DNA of 64,000 nt from contig CAVZMG010000002.1 of NCBI GenBank assembly GCA_963776425.1, positions 609,650 to 673,649 on the forward strand, written 5' to 3'. The position numbers and the translations under genes are program-made. Origin of the DNA: an uncultured Actinomycetes bacterium. Its GTDB lineage: Bacteria > Actinomycetota > UBA4738 > HRBIN12. Below are positions 34,658 through 44,568 of this stretch, piece by piece. Every line of letters begins with the position of its first letter. Position 1 is the stretch's first letter. The notes beneath the pieces are model-generated. The model saw only the letters and a program-made list of their open reading frames with translations, was not told the origin of the DNA and ran no database searches.

Positions 34658-36259
34658 ATGGATACGACGATGGACCGCAGCGCCCTCGAGGGGAAATTGA
34701 TCCCCGAGCTGCAACAGATCGCGCAGGGCATGGGTATCGAAGGTGCTCAGAAGCTGCGCAAGGCCGGCCTGATCGACGCGATCGTGTCGAACGCCGACGG
34801 CGGCTCGCCCGCCCCGACGCCGACGAGCGAGCCCGCGTCCGTTCAGACGACGGAGGTCGACGCGCCGTCGAACGGCGAGCTGAAGACCGAGGATCGCCCT
34901 CGCGACGACCGTCCACGCGACGACCGTCCACGCGACGACCGTCCACGCGACGACCGTCCACGCGATCAGCGTCCCCAGGGTGATCGCCCACAAGGCGAGC
35001 GCTCCGAGGTCCGCGAGGATCGCGCCGACGGTCAGGGGGGACGTGAACGACGCCAGCGTCCCTCGCGCGAGGATCGTCGGCGGACCCGGGAGGAACGTCG
35101 GATCCGCGAGGAGGCCGAGCGGGCGGAGGAGATGCAGAACGCACCGGTCCTGACCGGATTGCTCGACATCCTGCCCGAGGGCTATGGGTTCCTGCGGACC
35201 TCTGGCTATCTGCCGGGTCCCGAGGACATCTATGTCTCCCTGTCGCAGGTGCGCCGGTTCGCCCTGCGGAAGGGCGACACCGTGACCGGCAAGGTGCGCC
35301 GTCCGAAGGACAGCGAGAAGTACTTCGCGTTGCTCGAGATCGAGACCGTCTGCGGGATGGACGTCGAGGCGGCGCGAGCGCGTGCGAACTTCGACAAGCT
35401 CACCCCGCTGTTCCCGGATGAGCGGTTCCGCCTGGAGAACGGCCCTCTCGAGGTGGCGCAGCGGATCATCGACATGATCGCACCGATCGGAAAGGGTCAG
35501 CGTGGCATGGTGGTCTCGCCACCGAAGGCCGGGAAGACGACCATCCTGAAGCAGATCGCGAACGGCATCCTGGCCTCGAGCCCGGAGACGCACGTGATCG
35601 TGCTGTTGGTCGACGAGCGTCCCGAGGAAGTCACCGACTGGCAGCGGACCGTCCAGGCCGCCGAAGTCGTGTACTCCACGTTCGACAAGCCCGCTGATCA
35701 GCACATCCAGATCACGGAGCTGGTTCTGGAGCGTGCCCGCCGGCTGGCGGAGATGGGTCAGGACGTGGCGATCCTCCTCGACAACATCACCCGGCTCGCT
35801 CGCGCGTACAACCTGGCGGCGCCGGCCTCCGGCAAGATCTTGTCGGGTGGTGTCGACTCCACGGCCCTCTACCCGCCGAAGCGGTTCTTCGGCGCTGCGA
35901 GGAACCTCGAGGAAGGCGGATCGCTCACGATCATCGCGAACGCGCTCGTCGAGACCGGGTCCCGGATGGACGAGGTCATCTTCGAGGAATTCAAGGGAAC
36001 CGGGAACATGGAGCTGCGCCTGGATCGTTCACTGGCAGAGAAGCGGTTGTTCCCGGCGATCAACGTCGACGCCTCGAGCACCCGGAAGGAAGAGCTCTTG
36101 ATGCCGGTCGAAGAGCTGGCGCTCGTCGTCAAGCTCCGCCGCGTGCTCCACGCACTGGAGCCCGGTGCCGCGCTCGAGCTCCTCACGGACAAGATCCGCG
36201 CCACGAAGTCGAACGAGCAGTTCCTGAAGGAGATCGCGAAGGCGCCTTCTGGCAGCTAG
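34658..36259 (+). CDS. rho: transcription termination factor Rho with R/D-rich N-terminal insertion
   Basis: RNA-binding and RecA-like ATPase domains ([20 protein letters not shown]). The N-terminal insertion is a (RDDRP)n repeat, as in actinobacterial Rho. Confidence 0.9.
   Translation: MDTTMDRSALEGKLIPELQQIAQGMGIEGAQKLRKAGLIDAIVSNADGGSPAPTPTSEPASVQTTEVDAPSNGELKTEDRPRDDRPRDDRPRDDRPRDDRPRDQRPQGDRPQGERSEVREDRADGQGGRERRQRPSREDRRRTREERRIREEAERAEEMQNAPVLTGLLDILPEGYGFLRTSGYLPGPEDIYVSLSQVRRFALRKGDTVTGKVRRPKDSEKYFALLEIETVCGMDVEAARARANFDKLTPLFPDERFRLENGPLEVAQRIIDMIAPIGKGQRGMVVSPPKAGKTTILKQIANGILASSPETHVIVLLVDERPEEVTDWQRTVQAAEVVYSTFDKPADQHIQITELVLERARRLAEMGQDVAILLDNITRLARAYNLAAPASGKILSGGVDSTALYPPKRFFGAARNLEEGGSLTIIANALVETGSRMDEVIFEEFKGTGNMELRLDRSLAEKRLFPAINVDASSTRKEELLMPVEELALVVKLRRVLHALEPGAALELLTDKIRATKSNEQFLKEIAKAPSGS
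34901..34960 (+). repeat. 4 x 15-bp perfect tandem repeat (cgcgacgaccgtcca) inside rho, encoding (RDDRP)4
   Basis: Read directly in the sequence; a fifth degenerate unit follows. Confidence 0.8.
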
Positions 36260-36290
36260 TACGCTGGCGCGCCCCGAGAGGAGAACCACG

Positions 36291-36509
36291 ATGAAGCAAG
36301 GCATCCACCCGGACTACCAGATCGCGAACGTTCACTGCTCTTGCGGCAACGCGTTCCAGACCCGGTCCACGGTCAGCGAGATCCGTTCCGACATCTGCTC
36401 GAACTGCCACCCCTTCTACACGGGCAAGCAGAAGCTCATGGACGCCGGTGGACGTGTCGAGCGCTTCCAGCGCCGCTACGCGAAGACGCAGCAGGGTGCA
36501 GGCAACTGA
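36291..36509 (+). CDS. rpmE: 50S ribosomal protein L31
   Basis: 72 aa; the Zn-ribbon type CxxC...CxxC motif (CSCGN...[12 protein letters not shown]). Confidence 0.9.
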   Translation: MKQGIHPDYQIANVHCSCGNAFQTRSTVSEIRSDICSNCHPFYTGKQKLMDAGGRVERFQRRYAKTQQGAGN

Positions 36510-36525
36510 GCCTGCGTCCTGATCC

Positions 36526-37434
36526 GTGAGCGAACCCGCACCGGCTCCGCCGGCGACACACCTCTACGGCGGACAGGCGGTCGTGGAGGGCGTCATGATG
36601 CGTGGCGCCGACCACTGGGCGGTCGCCGTCCGGAGGTCCGACGGGGACATCCACGTCGAATCGCACGACATCGACTCGATCGCCAGGCGGCATCCCGTGT
36701 TCGCCAAGCCGTTCCTGCGCGGGATGATCGTCCTCGGTCAATCGCTCGCGATCGGCACACGCGCTCTCCTGATCGCGACGAATCAGTCGGTGGAAGAAGA
36801 TGAGCAGCTCACCTCGCGCCAGGTCGGTCTCGCGCTCGCCCTCGCGCTGGTGGCGTTCACCGCTGTCTTCGTCCTCGGCCCGACCCTCCTGTTCGCGTGG
36901 GTCCAGCATCGCGTCGGCGACGGGGTGCTGACGAACGTGCTGGAAGGACTCTTCCGCGTCGCACTCTTCGTGGGCTATCTCTGGCTGATCGGCAGGACGA
37001 AGGACATCCACCGGGTTTTCGAATATCACGGCGCCGAACACAAGACGATCGCGGCGTACGAGCACGGTGAGCCGCTCGACCCCGAGCACGTGGATCGGCA
37101 TTCGACCCTGCATATCCGGTGCGGCACCAACTTCCTGATCATCGTCATGATCATCACCATCTTCGTCTTCACGCTGTTCGGGACACCCGGGATCTGGTGG
37201 CGCATCGGCTCACGGGTACTCGCGATCCCCGTCATCGCCGGCCTCGCGTACGAGGCGCTGCGGTTGGGGGCGAGGTTCCACGGTTCGCTGGTCATGCGGG
37301 CGCTGATGGCCCCCGGGCTCTGGCTCCAACACATCACCACGCAGCCACCCGACCGGAGCCAGATCCAGGTGGCGATCGCCTCGTTCGGCGAGGTCCTTCG
37401 CCGCGAAGCCGAGGCCGCCGGCACCTCCAGCTGA
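36526..37434 (+). CDS. DUF1385 (YqhQ-like) membrane protein
   Basis: 302 aa; contains the EYHGAEHKTI motif and TM segments. This family often sits beside rpmE/prfA. Confidence 0.5.
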   Translation: MSEPAPAPPATHLYGGQAVVEGVMMRGADHWAVAVRRSDGDIHVESHDIDSIARRHPVFAKPFLRGMIVLGQSLAIGTRALLIATNQSVEEDEQLTSRQVGLALALALVAFTAVFVLGPTLLFAWVQHRVGDGVLTNVLEGLFRVALFVGYLWLIGRTKDIHRVFEYHGAEHKTIAAYEHGEPLDPEHVDRHSTLHIRCGTNFLIIVMIITIFVFTLFGTPGIWWRIGSRVLAIPVIAGLAYEALRLGARFHGSLVMRALMAPGLWLQHITTQPPDRSQIQVAIASFGEVLRREAEAAGTSS

Positions 37435-37463
37435 CGGCCTGACCTGCCGATATCCCCCTGCGA

Positions 37464-37481
37464 GGGTCGTTGCAACGGCCC
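37464..37481 (+). terminator. GC-rich hairpin GGGUCG-UUGCAA-CGGCCC after the DUF1385 gene (possible intrinsic terminator or operator palindrome)
   Basis: 6-bp stem with one G-U pair and a 6-nt loop, 30 nt after the stop at 37434, followed by CUGUUCG. Confidence 0.3.
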
Positions 37482-37534
37482 TGTTCGCACCCGAAGATTG
37501 GGTCCGTTCCCCGACCACCCGGGAGGTTGTCGTC

Positions 37535-38311
37535 ATGGCCACCGATATCGATCTGCCGTTCCTGCCGAGCTCCGCTCAGATCCGTCGACGGGAGTTCGCG
37601 TCCGTGCGTCGCGGCTACGATCCCGATCAGGTCCGCGACTACCTCGCGCAGGTGGCCGAGCAGGTCGACAACCTCGAGAGTCAGCTCCGGGAGGTCCGGC
37701 TCGAAGGAGGCGGAGCGGCTTCGCCTCCCGGCCCGCCGCCATCAGAGGATCCCTACGAGCGGTTGTCCAAGCGGCTCACGACGCTCCTCGCCACCGCCGA
37801 TCAGGAAGCCGAGGGGATCTTGGCCGAGGCACGGGCCGACGCGGCCCGGATGCTGAACGAGGCGCGGACCGAGGCAGACCGGATCCGCGTCGACGCCCAG
37901 GCCCATGCGGAGGAGCTCCGCCAGGAGAGCAACGAACTCCTCGAGAAGGCGAAGGAGGAGTCCGATCGCGTGCTGGTTGGACTCTCCGCTCGTCGCCAGG
38001 ACATGGTGCAGCACCTACAGGACATGCAGGACCGGCTGATCGGCGTCGCGAAGGAGCTGGAGGTCGCGATCGGCGACCCGACCGCCGAGGAGGCCGCGGC
38101 ATCGCCTCCCGAGGTTCCGGCCGCGAAGCAGGCGACGCAGGTCGCGCCGCTCGCGACACCCGCCGACGCGGACCGCGCGAGCGAGGACGCGGTCGACAGC
38201 CTCGAAGGCATGCTCGGTGATGACGGTGATGACGGTGATGACGGGGACGACGGTATGGATCTTCCCGATCTGCCCCCCCTCGAGTTCGACTTCGACGACG
38301 ACGAGGAGTAG
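37535..38311 (+). CDS. DivIVA domain protein with acidic D/G-repeat C-terminus
   Basis: N-terminal RRGYDPDQVRDYL DivIVA motif and coiled coil; C-terminus DDGDDGDDGDDG...FDFDDDEE. Confidence 0.6.
   Translation: MATDIDLPFLPSSAQIRRREFASVRRGYDPDQVRDYLAQVAEQVDNLESQLREVRLEGGGAASPPGPPPSEDPYERLSKRLTTLLATADQEAEGILAEARADAARMLNEARTEADRIRVDAQAHAEELRQESNELLEKAKEESDRVLVGLSARRQDMVQHLQDMQDRLIGVAKELEVAIGDPTAEEAAASPPEVPAAKQATQVAPLATPADADRASEDAVDSLEGMLGDDGDDGDDGDDGMDLPDLPPLEFDFDDDEE
38216..38251 (+). repeat. 9-bp tandem repeat (ggtgatgac x3 + ggggacgac) encoding (GDD)n
   Basis: Read directly in the sequence. Confidence 0.7.
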
Positions 38312-38372
38312 CGCGTAGGGCGCGATCCGCGCCTGATCGAACGACGTCGCGCCGGTCCGGGATAATCCCGGC

Positions 38373-39470
38373 ATGGCCACCTCACTCGATGACCGTCTCG
38401 CCGAGATCGGTTCGCGCTACGAGGCCGTCTCGGCCGAGCTCGCGCTCCCCGAGGTCGCCGGCGATCAGGAGCGGATGCGGACGCTCGGCAAGACGTTCTC
38501 CGAGCTCGCCGAGATCGTGCAGCCGTACCGGGAGTATCTCGAGGTTCGGCGCCAAGCCGAGGAGGCTCGCGAGATGGCCGACGCCGAGTCCGATCCGGAG
38601 ATGGCTGCGTTCCTGCGGGATGAGGCGGAGCGTGCCGAAGCGAAGGTCGCCGATCTACGAGACCGGCTCGAACATCTCCTCGTCCCGAAGGATCCGAACG
38701 ACGGCAAGGATGTGATCGTCGAGATCCGAGCGGGCGCCGGGGGACAGGAGGCCGCACTCTGGGCCGGTGAGCTGTTCGAGATGTACCGGCGGCTAGCGGA
38801 ACGGCACCGATGGAAGGTGGAGGTGCTCTCCTCGTCGGAGTCCGAGATGGGGGGGTTCAAGGAGATCGTGACCGAAGTCCGAGGGAAGGATGCGTTCACG
38901 CGGATGAAGCATGAGTCCGGGGTGCACCGCGTTCAGCGGGTCCCGGTCACCGAGTCGTCCGGCCGGATCCACACCTCCACGGCCACGGTGGCGGTGCTCC
39001 CGGAGGCCGAGGAGGTCGAGGTCGAGATCCGGCCCGAGGACATCCAGATCGACGTGTACCGATCATCGGGACCCGGCGGGCAGGGCGTGAACACCACGGA
39101 CTCCGCCGTTCGCATCGTGCACAAGCCGACCGGCATCAAGGTGGAGTGCCAAGAGGAGCGATCCCAGCTCCAGAACCGAGAGAAGGCGATGCGCTACCTC
39201 CGGGCGCGGCTGCTCCAGCGCGCGCAGGACGAAGCGCAGGCGAAGGAAGCCGCCGACCGCCGTTCCCAGGTGGGAACCGGCGAGCGCGCCGAGAAGATCC
39301 GCACGTACAACTTCCCGGAGGGGCGAGTGACCGACCACCGGATCAAGCAGGTTGACGGCCGTACCTCCCATCAGTTGCAGGACGTTCTCGCCGGCGGCGA
39401 GGAGCTCGATGCCTTCATCGACCGGCTGCGCGCGGCCGAACGCAGCGAGCAACTCGCCGGTCCCGGTTGA
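38373..39470 (+). CDS. prfA: peptide chain release factor 1
   Basis: GGQ motif SGPGGQGVNTT and the PxT-containing domain; 365 aa. Confidence 0.9.
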   Translation: MATSLDDRLAEIGSRYEAVSAELALPEVAGDQERMRTLGKTFSELAEIVQPYREYLEVRRQAEEAREMADAESDPEMAAFLRDEAERAEAKVADLRDRLEHLLVPKDPNDGKDVIVEIRAGAGGQEAALWAGELFEMYRRLAERHRWKVEVLSSSESEMGGFKEIVTEVRGKDAFTRMKHESGVHRVQRVPVTESSGRIHTSTATVAVLPEAEEVEVEIRPEDIQIDVYRSSGPGGQGVNTTDSAVRIVHKPTGIKVECQEERSQLQNREKAMRYLRARLLQRAQDEAQAKEAADRRSQVGTGERAEKIRTYNFPEGRVTDHRIKQVDGRTSHQLQDVLAGGEELDAFIDRLRAAERSEQLAGPG

Positions 39471-39473
39471 GTC

Positions 39474-40310
39474 ATGCGTCCCGCCGTGGTCGTTCGCCGT
39501 GCCGCCGAGTACCTGGAGCGCCACGACGTCGAGAGCCCGATCCCCACCGCGGAGGTGCTCCTGGCGAACGTGCTCGGGGTCGATCGATCGAGCCTGTACA
39601 CGCGCGACGAGGGGCTCTCCTCCGCGGAGGCCAGGGCCTTCGGTCGGGCGCTCTGTCGCCGGTGTGCGGGGACGCCGCTCCAACACCTCACACGGGAGCA
39701 AGCGTTCCGCAGGATCGCGTTGGAGATCCGCCCAGGCGTCTTCATCCCTCGACCCGAGACCGAGGTCGTGGTCGAGGAGGCGCTCGCGACGATCTCCGGC
39801 ATCGGAACGCCGTCCGTCGTGGACGTGGGAACGGGGACCGGGGCCATCGCCCTTGCGATCAAGGACGAGCGTCCGGATGCGCAGGTCGTCGCGATCGATG
39901 CGTCGGAGGAGGCGGTAGCGCTCTCGAGGGCGAACGCCGCCCGGCTGGGGCTCGCGATCCGGATCGAGCAGGGCGACCTGCTGCACCCACTCCCTCCGTC
40001 GCACGTCGGGTGCGTCGATCTGGTCGTCAGCAACCCCCCCTACCTCCCGGAGGACGCGGTGACGTCGTTGCCGGCAGACGTTCGCGCGGATCCTCCGACC
40101 GCGTTGTTCGGGGATATCGGTGTGTACGACCGGTTGTTCTCGCAGGCGCGTACGGTGCTCCGTCCGGGCGGCGCCGTCGTCGTCGAGATCGAGGAGACCA
40201 GCGGGGAAGCGGTCAGGCAAGCCGCTGTATCTGCAGGGTTCGAGCGGATCCGCGTGATGACGGATCTGGCCGGGCGCGACCGAGTGCTCATCGGCCGGAG
40301 TCCCGGATGA
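39474..40310 (+). CDS. prmC: release factor glutamine N5-methyltransferase
   Basis: VVDVGTGTGAIA motif I and the NPPY catalytic motif. Confidence 0.85.
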   Translation: MRPAVVVRRAAEYLERHDVESPIPTAEVLLANVLGVDRSSLYTRDEGLSSAEARAFGRALCRRCAGTPLQHLTREQAFRRIALEIRPGVFIPRPETEVVVEEALATISGIGTPSVVDVGTGTGAIALAIKDERPDAQVVAIDASEEAVALSRANAARLGLAIRIEQGDLLHPLPPSHVGCVDLVVSNPPYLPEDAVTSLPADVRADPPTALFGDIGVYDRLFSQARTVLRPGGAVVVEIEETSGEAVRQAAVSAGFERIRVMTDLAGRDRVLIGRSPG

Positions 40311-40948
40311 CCGCGGTCGAGGACGCGGTCGACGCCGCGCGACGAGGTGAGCTGATCGTCTTCCCGACGGACACCGTCTACGCCCTGGCGTGTCGCCCCG
40401 ACGACCCCGTCGCCACGTCACGGGTATTCGATACCAAGCGGCGCCCCGCGAGCCTGACGCTGCCGGTGCTGGCCCCGACCAACGCTGCGGCCCGGGCGTT
40501 GGCGGTCTTCGACGAGCGCGCCGAGCGATTGGTGGCAGCGCTGTGGCCTGGTGACCTCACGATCGTCGTACCTCGCGCAGCCCTCAGCCAGCGGTGGGAG
40601 CTGGGCGGCGAGCCCGACACGATCGGTGTCCGGGTGCCCCGTCATCCCTTGGCGCTCGCGGTCTTGGAGGCGACCGGCCCCCTCGCGGCGACGAGCGCGA
40701 ACCGTTCGGGGGAGGCCCCGGCCCGAACGTGCGACGAGCTCAACGCGGCGTTCGGCGACCTGGTGTCGATCTACCTCTGCCAGGAAGGGTCGCTCGACGC
40801 TGAGCCGTCCACGGTGATCGACCTCGCCCACGGTGACGCTCGTCTCATCCGCACCGGTGCCGTCGATGCCGATCGACTGCGCGAGCTACTTGGCGTGGAA
40901 GGTCCACTGCTAGACTCGCCGCTCCCGAAGGTGACGCGCTCGCGATGA
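40307..40948 (+). CDS. tsaC: L-threonylcarbamoyladenylate synthase (YrdC/TsaC domain)
   Basis: FPTDTVYALAC and ATSANRSG motifs; ATGA overlap with prmC. Confidence 0.8.
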   Translation: MTAVEDAVDAARRGELIVFPTDTVYALACRPDDPVATSRVFDTKRRPASLTLPVLAPTNAAARALAVFDERAERLVAALWPGDLTIVVPRAALSQRWELGGEPDTIGVRVPRHPLALAVLEATGPLAATSANRSGEAPARTCDELNAAFGDLVSIYLCQEGSLDAEPSTVIDLAHGDARLIRTGAVDADRLRELLGVEGPLLDSPLPKVTRSR

Positions 40949-41526
40949 CCTCCATCCTCGTGGTCTGCACAGGCAACATCTGCCGCTCGCCCATGGCCGA
41001 GGGGCTCCTGCGGGCAGCCCTCGACGCTCGGCTCGGCGTCGACGCCCCCCAGATCTCGTCCGCGGGAACGATGGGGATGGAGGGTTCTGGCGCCACGCCG
41101 GAGGGGATCGAGGCGGCAGGCGAGCTGGGCGTCGACATCCAAGAGCACGTCGCTCGGCGACTCACGGTTCCCATGGCGGAGGCGTCGGACCTCTTGCTCT
41201 GCATGGCGAGCGACCACCGCCGCTTCGTGGCGGGGGCTTCCCCGATGCTCGCGTCGCGCACGTTCACGCTGAAAGAGCTGGTACGGCTGCTGGAGACGCT
41301 CGATGCACCCACCACCGGGAACCTCGCCGACCGGCTGGCGGCCACCGACGCCGCGCGCGCCGCGGGCGCGGTGCAGCCGTCGCACGACGATGACATCGCC
41401 GACCCGCTCGGTCAGCCGATGGAGGCGTATCGGGCGATCGCCTGGGAGCTCGAGACATGGATCGACCGGCTGGTTGTCGGGCTGTACGGAGAGGCGCCGG
41501 GCGCGACCTTGGCTGGAGAGATGTGA
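40945..41526 (+). CDS. low-molecular-weight protein tyrosine/arginine phosphatase
   Basis: P-loop VCTGNICRSPMAEG. Same position as ywlE in the Bacillus prfA-ywlC-ywlE-rpiB-glyA cluster. Confidence 0.75.
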   Translation: MTSILVVCTGNICRSPMAEGLLRAALDARLGVDAPQISSAGTMGMEGSGATPEGIEAAGELGVDIQEHVARRLTVPMAEASDLLLCMASDHRRFVAGASPMLASRTFTLKELVRLLETLDAPTTGNLADRLAATDAARAAGAVQPSHDDDIADPLGQPMEAYRAIAWELETWIDRLVVGLYGEAPGATLAGEM

Positions 41527-41528
41527 GG

Positions 41529-41975
41529 ATGAAGATCGCGATCGCGTCCGATCACGCCGGGTTCGTGTTGAAGGAGGAGCTCAAGACGTTCCTGGCCGAA
41601 GAGGGACATGACGTGGTCGACCTCGGCACCGACTCCGAGGTGCCGGTCGATTACCCACCCTTCTGCGCGGCGGCCGCACGCCAGGTCTCCGATGGACGCA
41701 CCGACCGAGGCATCGTCCTGGGCGGCTCGGGGCAGGGGGAACAGATCGCCGCGAACAAGGTGGACGGTGTCCGCGCCTCGCTCTGCCATGACCTCTACAC
41801 CGCGCGACTTGCGCGCGAGCACAACGACGCGAACGTCTTGAGCATGGGGGCGCGGGTCATCGCGCCCGCCTACGCGAAGGAGATCGTCCAGGTGTGGCTC
41901 GCCACGCCGTTCGCGGGCGGACGTCACGAACCGAGGATCGAACAGATCGCGATGATCGAGCGAGGGGAGTTGTAG
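41529..41975 (+). CDS. rpiB: ribose-5-phosphate isomerase B
   Basis: [12 protein letters not shown]...[17 protein letters not shown]; 148 aa. Confidence 0.85.
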   Translation: MKIAIASDHAGFVLKEELKTFLAEEGHDVVDLGTDSEVPVDYPPFCAAAARQVSDGRTDRGIVLGGSGQGEQIAANKVDGVRASLCHDLYTARLAREHNDANVLSMGARVIAPAYAKEIVQVWLATPFAGGRHEPRIEQIAMIERGEL

Positions 41976-41977
41976 AG

Positions 41978-43246
41978 ATGAGGGACTACGCCGCGAGTTG
42001 GGATGCCCTGAAGGCGACCGATCCGGAGGTGGCGACGGCGATCGCCAGCGAACTCGAGCGCGAGCGCACCACGCTCCGGTTGATCGCCTCGGAGAACTAC
42101 GCGAGCCCCGCGGTCCTCGCCGCGATCGGCTCGACGATGAACAACAAGTACGCGGAGGGTTACCCGGGCCGGCGCTACTACGGGGGGTGCGAGTTCGTCG
42201 ACGTGACCGAGCGGCTCGCGATCGATCGCGCGAAAGAGCTGTTCGGGGCCGAACACGCCAACGCCCAGCCGCACGCCGGCGCCCAGGCGAACCTGGCCGT
42301 GTTCGGCGCGTTCCTCGAGCCGAACAACCCGAACGACAAGGTCCTCGGGATGGCGCTCGCACACGGCGGCCACCTGACGCATGGCTCGCCGGTCAACGTG
42401 AGCGGCATGTGGTTCAACTTCGTCGCGTACGAGGTGGACCCGGAGACCGAGCAGCTCGACATGGACAAGGTTCGGGATCTGGCCAAGGAGCACCGGCCGA
42501 CGATCATCTTGGCCGGCTACACGGCGTACCCGCGAGAGATCGATTTCGCCGCGTTCCGGACGATCTGCGACGAGGTCGGCGCGCTCCTGTGGGTCGACGC
42601 CTCACATTTCATCGGATTGGTCGCCGGCGGCGCGTATCCGTCGCCGGTTCCGCATGCGGACGTCGTCACGTTCACGACCCACAAGGCGCTCCGCGGGCCG
42701 CGCGGCGCGATGATCCTCTGCCGTGAGGAGCATGCGAAGGCGATCGACAAAGCGGTGTTCCCGATGATGCAGGGCGGGCCGCTCGAACACTGCATCGCGG
42801 GGAAGGCGGTCGCGTTGAAAGAGGCGATGACCCCGGCGTACAAGGAGTACGCGCATCGGGTCGTCCGAACCGCCCGGGCGCTGGCCCAGGGGCTGAGTGA
42901 CGAAGGGCTCCGGGTCGTGTCTGGAGGCACCGATTCACATCTGGTCCTGGCCGACGTACGTCCGCTCGGGGTGACCGGGAAGGACGCCGAGGCCGTGATG
43001 GACGAGGTCGGCATCTCGATCAACAAGAACGCGATCCCGTTCGATCCGCAGCCGCCGGGAACGCCGTCGGGCATCCGTGTGGGGACGCCTGGCCCGGCCA
43101 CGCTGGGCATGGACGAATCGGAGATGAAGGAGATCTCGGGCGTGATCGGCGACGTCCTGCGCCACCCGGAGGACGCGGCGATCAAAGAGGCCGCCCGCGG
43201 CCGGGTCCGTGAGCTGATGGCGCGGTTCCCCGTCTACCCGGACTGA
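41978..43246 (+). CDS. glyA: serine hydroxymethyltransferase
   Basis: Motif around [11 protein letters not shown] (PLP lysine) and LIASENY. Confidence 0.9.
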   Translation: MRDYAASWDALKATDPEVATAIASELERERTTLRLIASENYASPAVLAAIGSTMNNKYAEGYPGRRYYGGCEFVDVTERLAIDRAKELFGAEHANAQPHAGAQANLAVFGAFLEPNNPNDKVLGMALAHGGHLTHGSPVNVSGMWFNFVAYEVDPETEQLDMDKVRDLAKEHRPTIILAGYTAYPREIDFAAFRTICDEVGALLWVDASHFIGLVAGGAYPSPVPHADVVTFTTHKALRGPRGAMILCREEHAKAIDKAVFPMMQGGPLEHCIAGKAVALKEAMTPAYKEYAHRVVRTARALAQGLSDEGLRVVSGGTDSHLVLADVRPLGVTGKDAEAVMDEVGISINKNAIPFDPQPPGTPSGIRVGTPGPATLGMDESEMKEISGVIGDVLRHPEDAAIKEAARGRVRELMARFPVYPD

Positions 43247-43295
43247 CCCGTCGCTTGCGACCGGCTCGAGCCGGCCGCAGACTGGTCGCAGACCG

Positions 43296-44468
43296 ATGGG
43301 CTACCTCTGGGTGTTCCTGGCCTCAGCCGGGGTAACGTTCGCACTGACCCCGCTCGTCCGTCGTCTCGTGGTCCGGTTCGGCGCGATCGACCAACCGTCC
43401 GACCGCAAGGTGCACCCGCAGGCGACCCCGACGATGGGCGGCCTCGCGATGTACGGCGGGTTCCTGGTCGGGCTCGGCCTGTCGCAACTCCTGCCGTTCT
43501 TCTCCGACATGAACCGCGGGAGCGCGGAGCCGCTCGCGGCGTTGGTGACCTGTACCGCGATGGTTGCCCTCGGCGCGATCGACGACAAACGCGGCACGTC
43601 CGCTCTCGCGAAGCTCACCGCGCAGATCCTGATCGGCGGCCTGCTGATCCTGCTCGGCGTACAGGTGTTGTACTTCTGGCTCCCCGGCGCGGGCATCGTC
43701 TCCGTGAGCGCGGATCTGGCCGTGCTGCTCACCTTGCTCTGGCTCGTCCTCGTCGTGAACGCGGTGAACCTCGTCGACGGGCTGGATGGGCTCGCGGCAG
43801 GCATGGTGGCGATCGCCGCCACCTCGTTCTTCATCTACATGTCGCGAACGCCCAGCCCGTTCGCGTTCGATGCCTCCTCGGCGGCGCTGATGTCGGCCAT
43901 CACCGTCGGCATCTGTCTGGGCTTCCTCCCCTGGAACTTCTACCCAGCCAAGATCTTCATGGGCGACTCCGGCTCGATGCTCTTGGGCATGCTCCTGACG
44001 ATCGCCACGATCTCGGGGGTCGGCCGCAACCCTTATCGACCGAGCGGCGGCGACCTCGCCGCCGTCGCCGGGACCTTGCTCGTTCCACTCCTGGTGCTGG
44101 CCATCCCGTTCCTGGACGTGGTCCTGGCCGTCGCGCGGCGGACGTGGCGTGGGAAAGGGATCGGCCAGGCCGACAAGGAGCACATCCACCACCGGCTCAT
44201 GGACATCGGTCACAGTCATCGTGGCGCGGTCTTGCTGATGTACCTGTGGAGCGCCCTGATCTCGGCGAGCGCGCTCGCGGTGGGGTTGATCGATGGTCGG
44301 CTCGCGGTGGGGGCGATCATCCTGGCAGCCGGGATCCTGTTCGCGATCACCGCGTATCCGCGCCTCGATCGGTGGCGCGCGAGGGAGGAGGCTCCGCCGG
44401 TGTCCGCGCCGGAGCCAGCGTCCCGGACGGCATCGGGCGGAGAGGGAGCGCACCAGACCGAGGGCTAG
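43296..44468 (+). CDS. wecA: undecaprenyl-phosphate GlcNAc-1-phosphate transferase (WecA/Rfe, MraY-like GT4)
   Basis: Polytopic; NAVNLVDGLDGLAAG and FMGDSGS motifs. Same position as rfe (Rv1302) in Mtb. Confidence 0.75.
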   Translation: MGYLWVFLASAGVTFALTPLVRRLVVRFGAIDQPSDRKVHPQATPTMGGLAMYGGFLVGLGLSQLLPFFSDMNRGSAEPLAALVTCTAMVALGAIDDKRGTSALAKLTAQILIGGLLILLGVQVLYFWLPGAGIVSVSADLAVLLTLLWLVLVVNAVNLVDGLDGLAAGMVAIAATSFFIYMSRTPSPFAFDASSAALMSAITVGICLGFLPWNFYPAKIFMGDSGSMLLGMLLTIATISGVGRNPYRPSGGDLAAVAGTLLVPLLVLAIPFLDVVLAVARRTWRGKGIGQADKEHIHHRLMDIGHSHRGAVLLMYLWSALISASALAVGLIDGRLAVGAIILAAGILFAITAYPRLDRWRAREEAPPVSAPEPASRTASGGEGAHQTEG

Positions 44469-44568
44469 GCTGTTCGGGTGACCGTTCCCTGGTCACTGTG
44501 GCATGATGCGCGCCTAGGTTCGGTGATGCCGGGGTTCGGCAACGCCTGGTTGCGCAGGGGGGTGGGAC

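Noticed and set aside
37498-38757. Alternative-frame ORFs across the DivIVA gene (37498-38220+, 37801-38757-)
   Set aside because: Low-complexity R/P/G translations. The DivIVA frame has a conserved N-terminal motif.
38373-39470. Possible programmed frameshift in the release-factor gene
   Set aside because: This gene is RF1 (prfA) with a continuous frame. The programmed +1 frameshift is a feature of prfB, which is not in this window.
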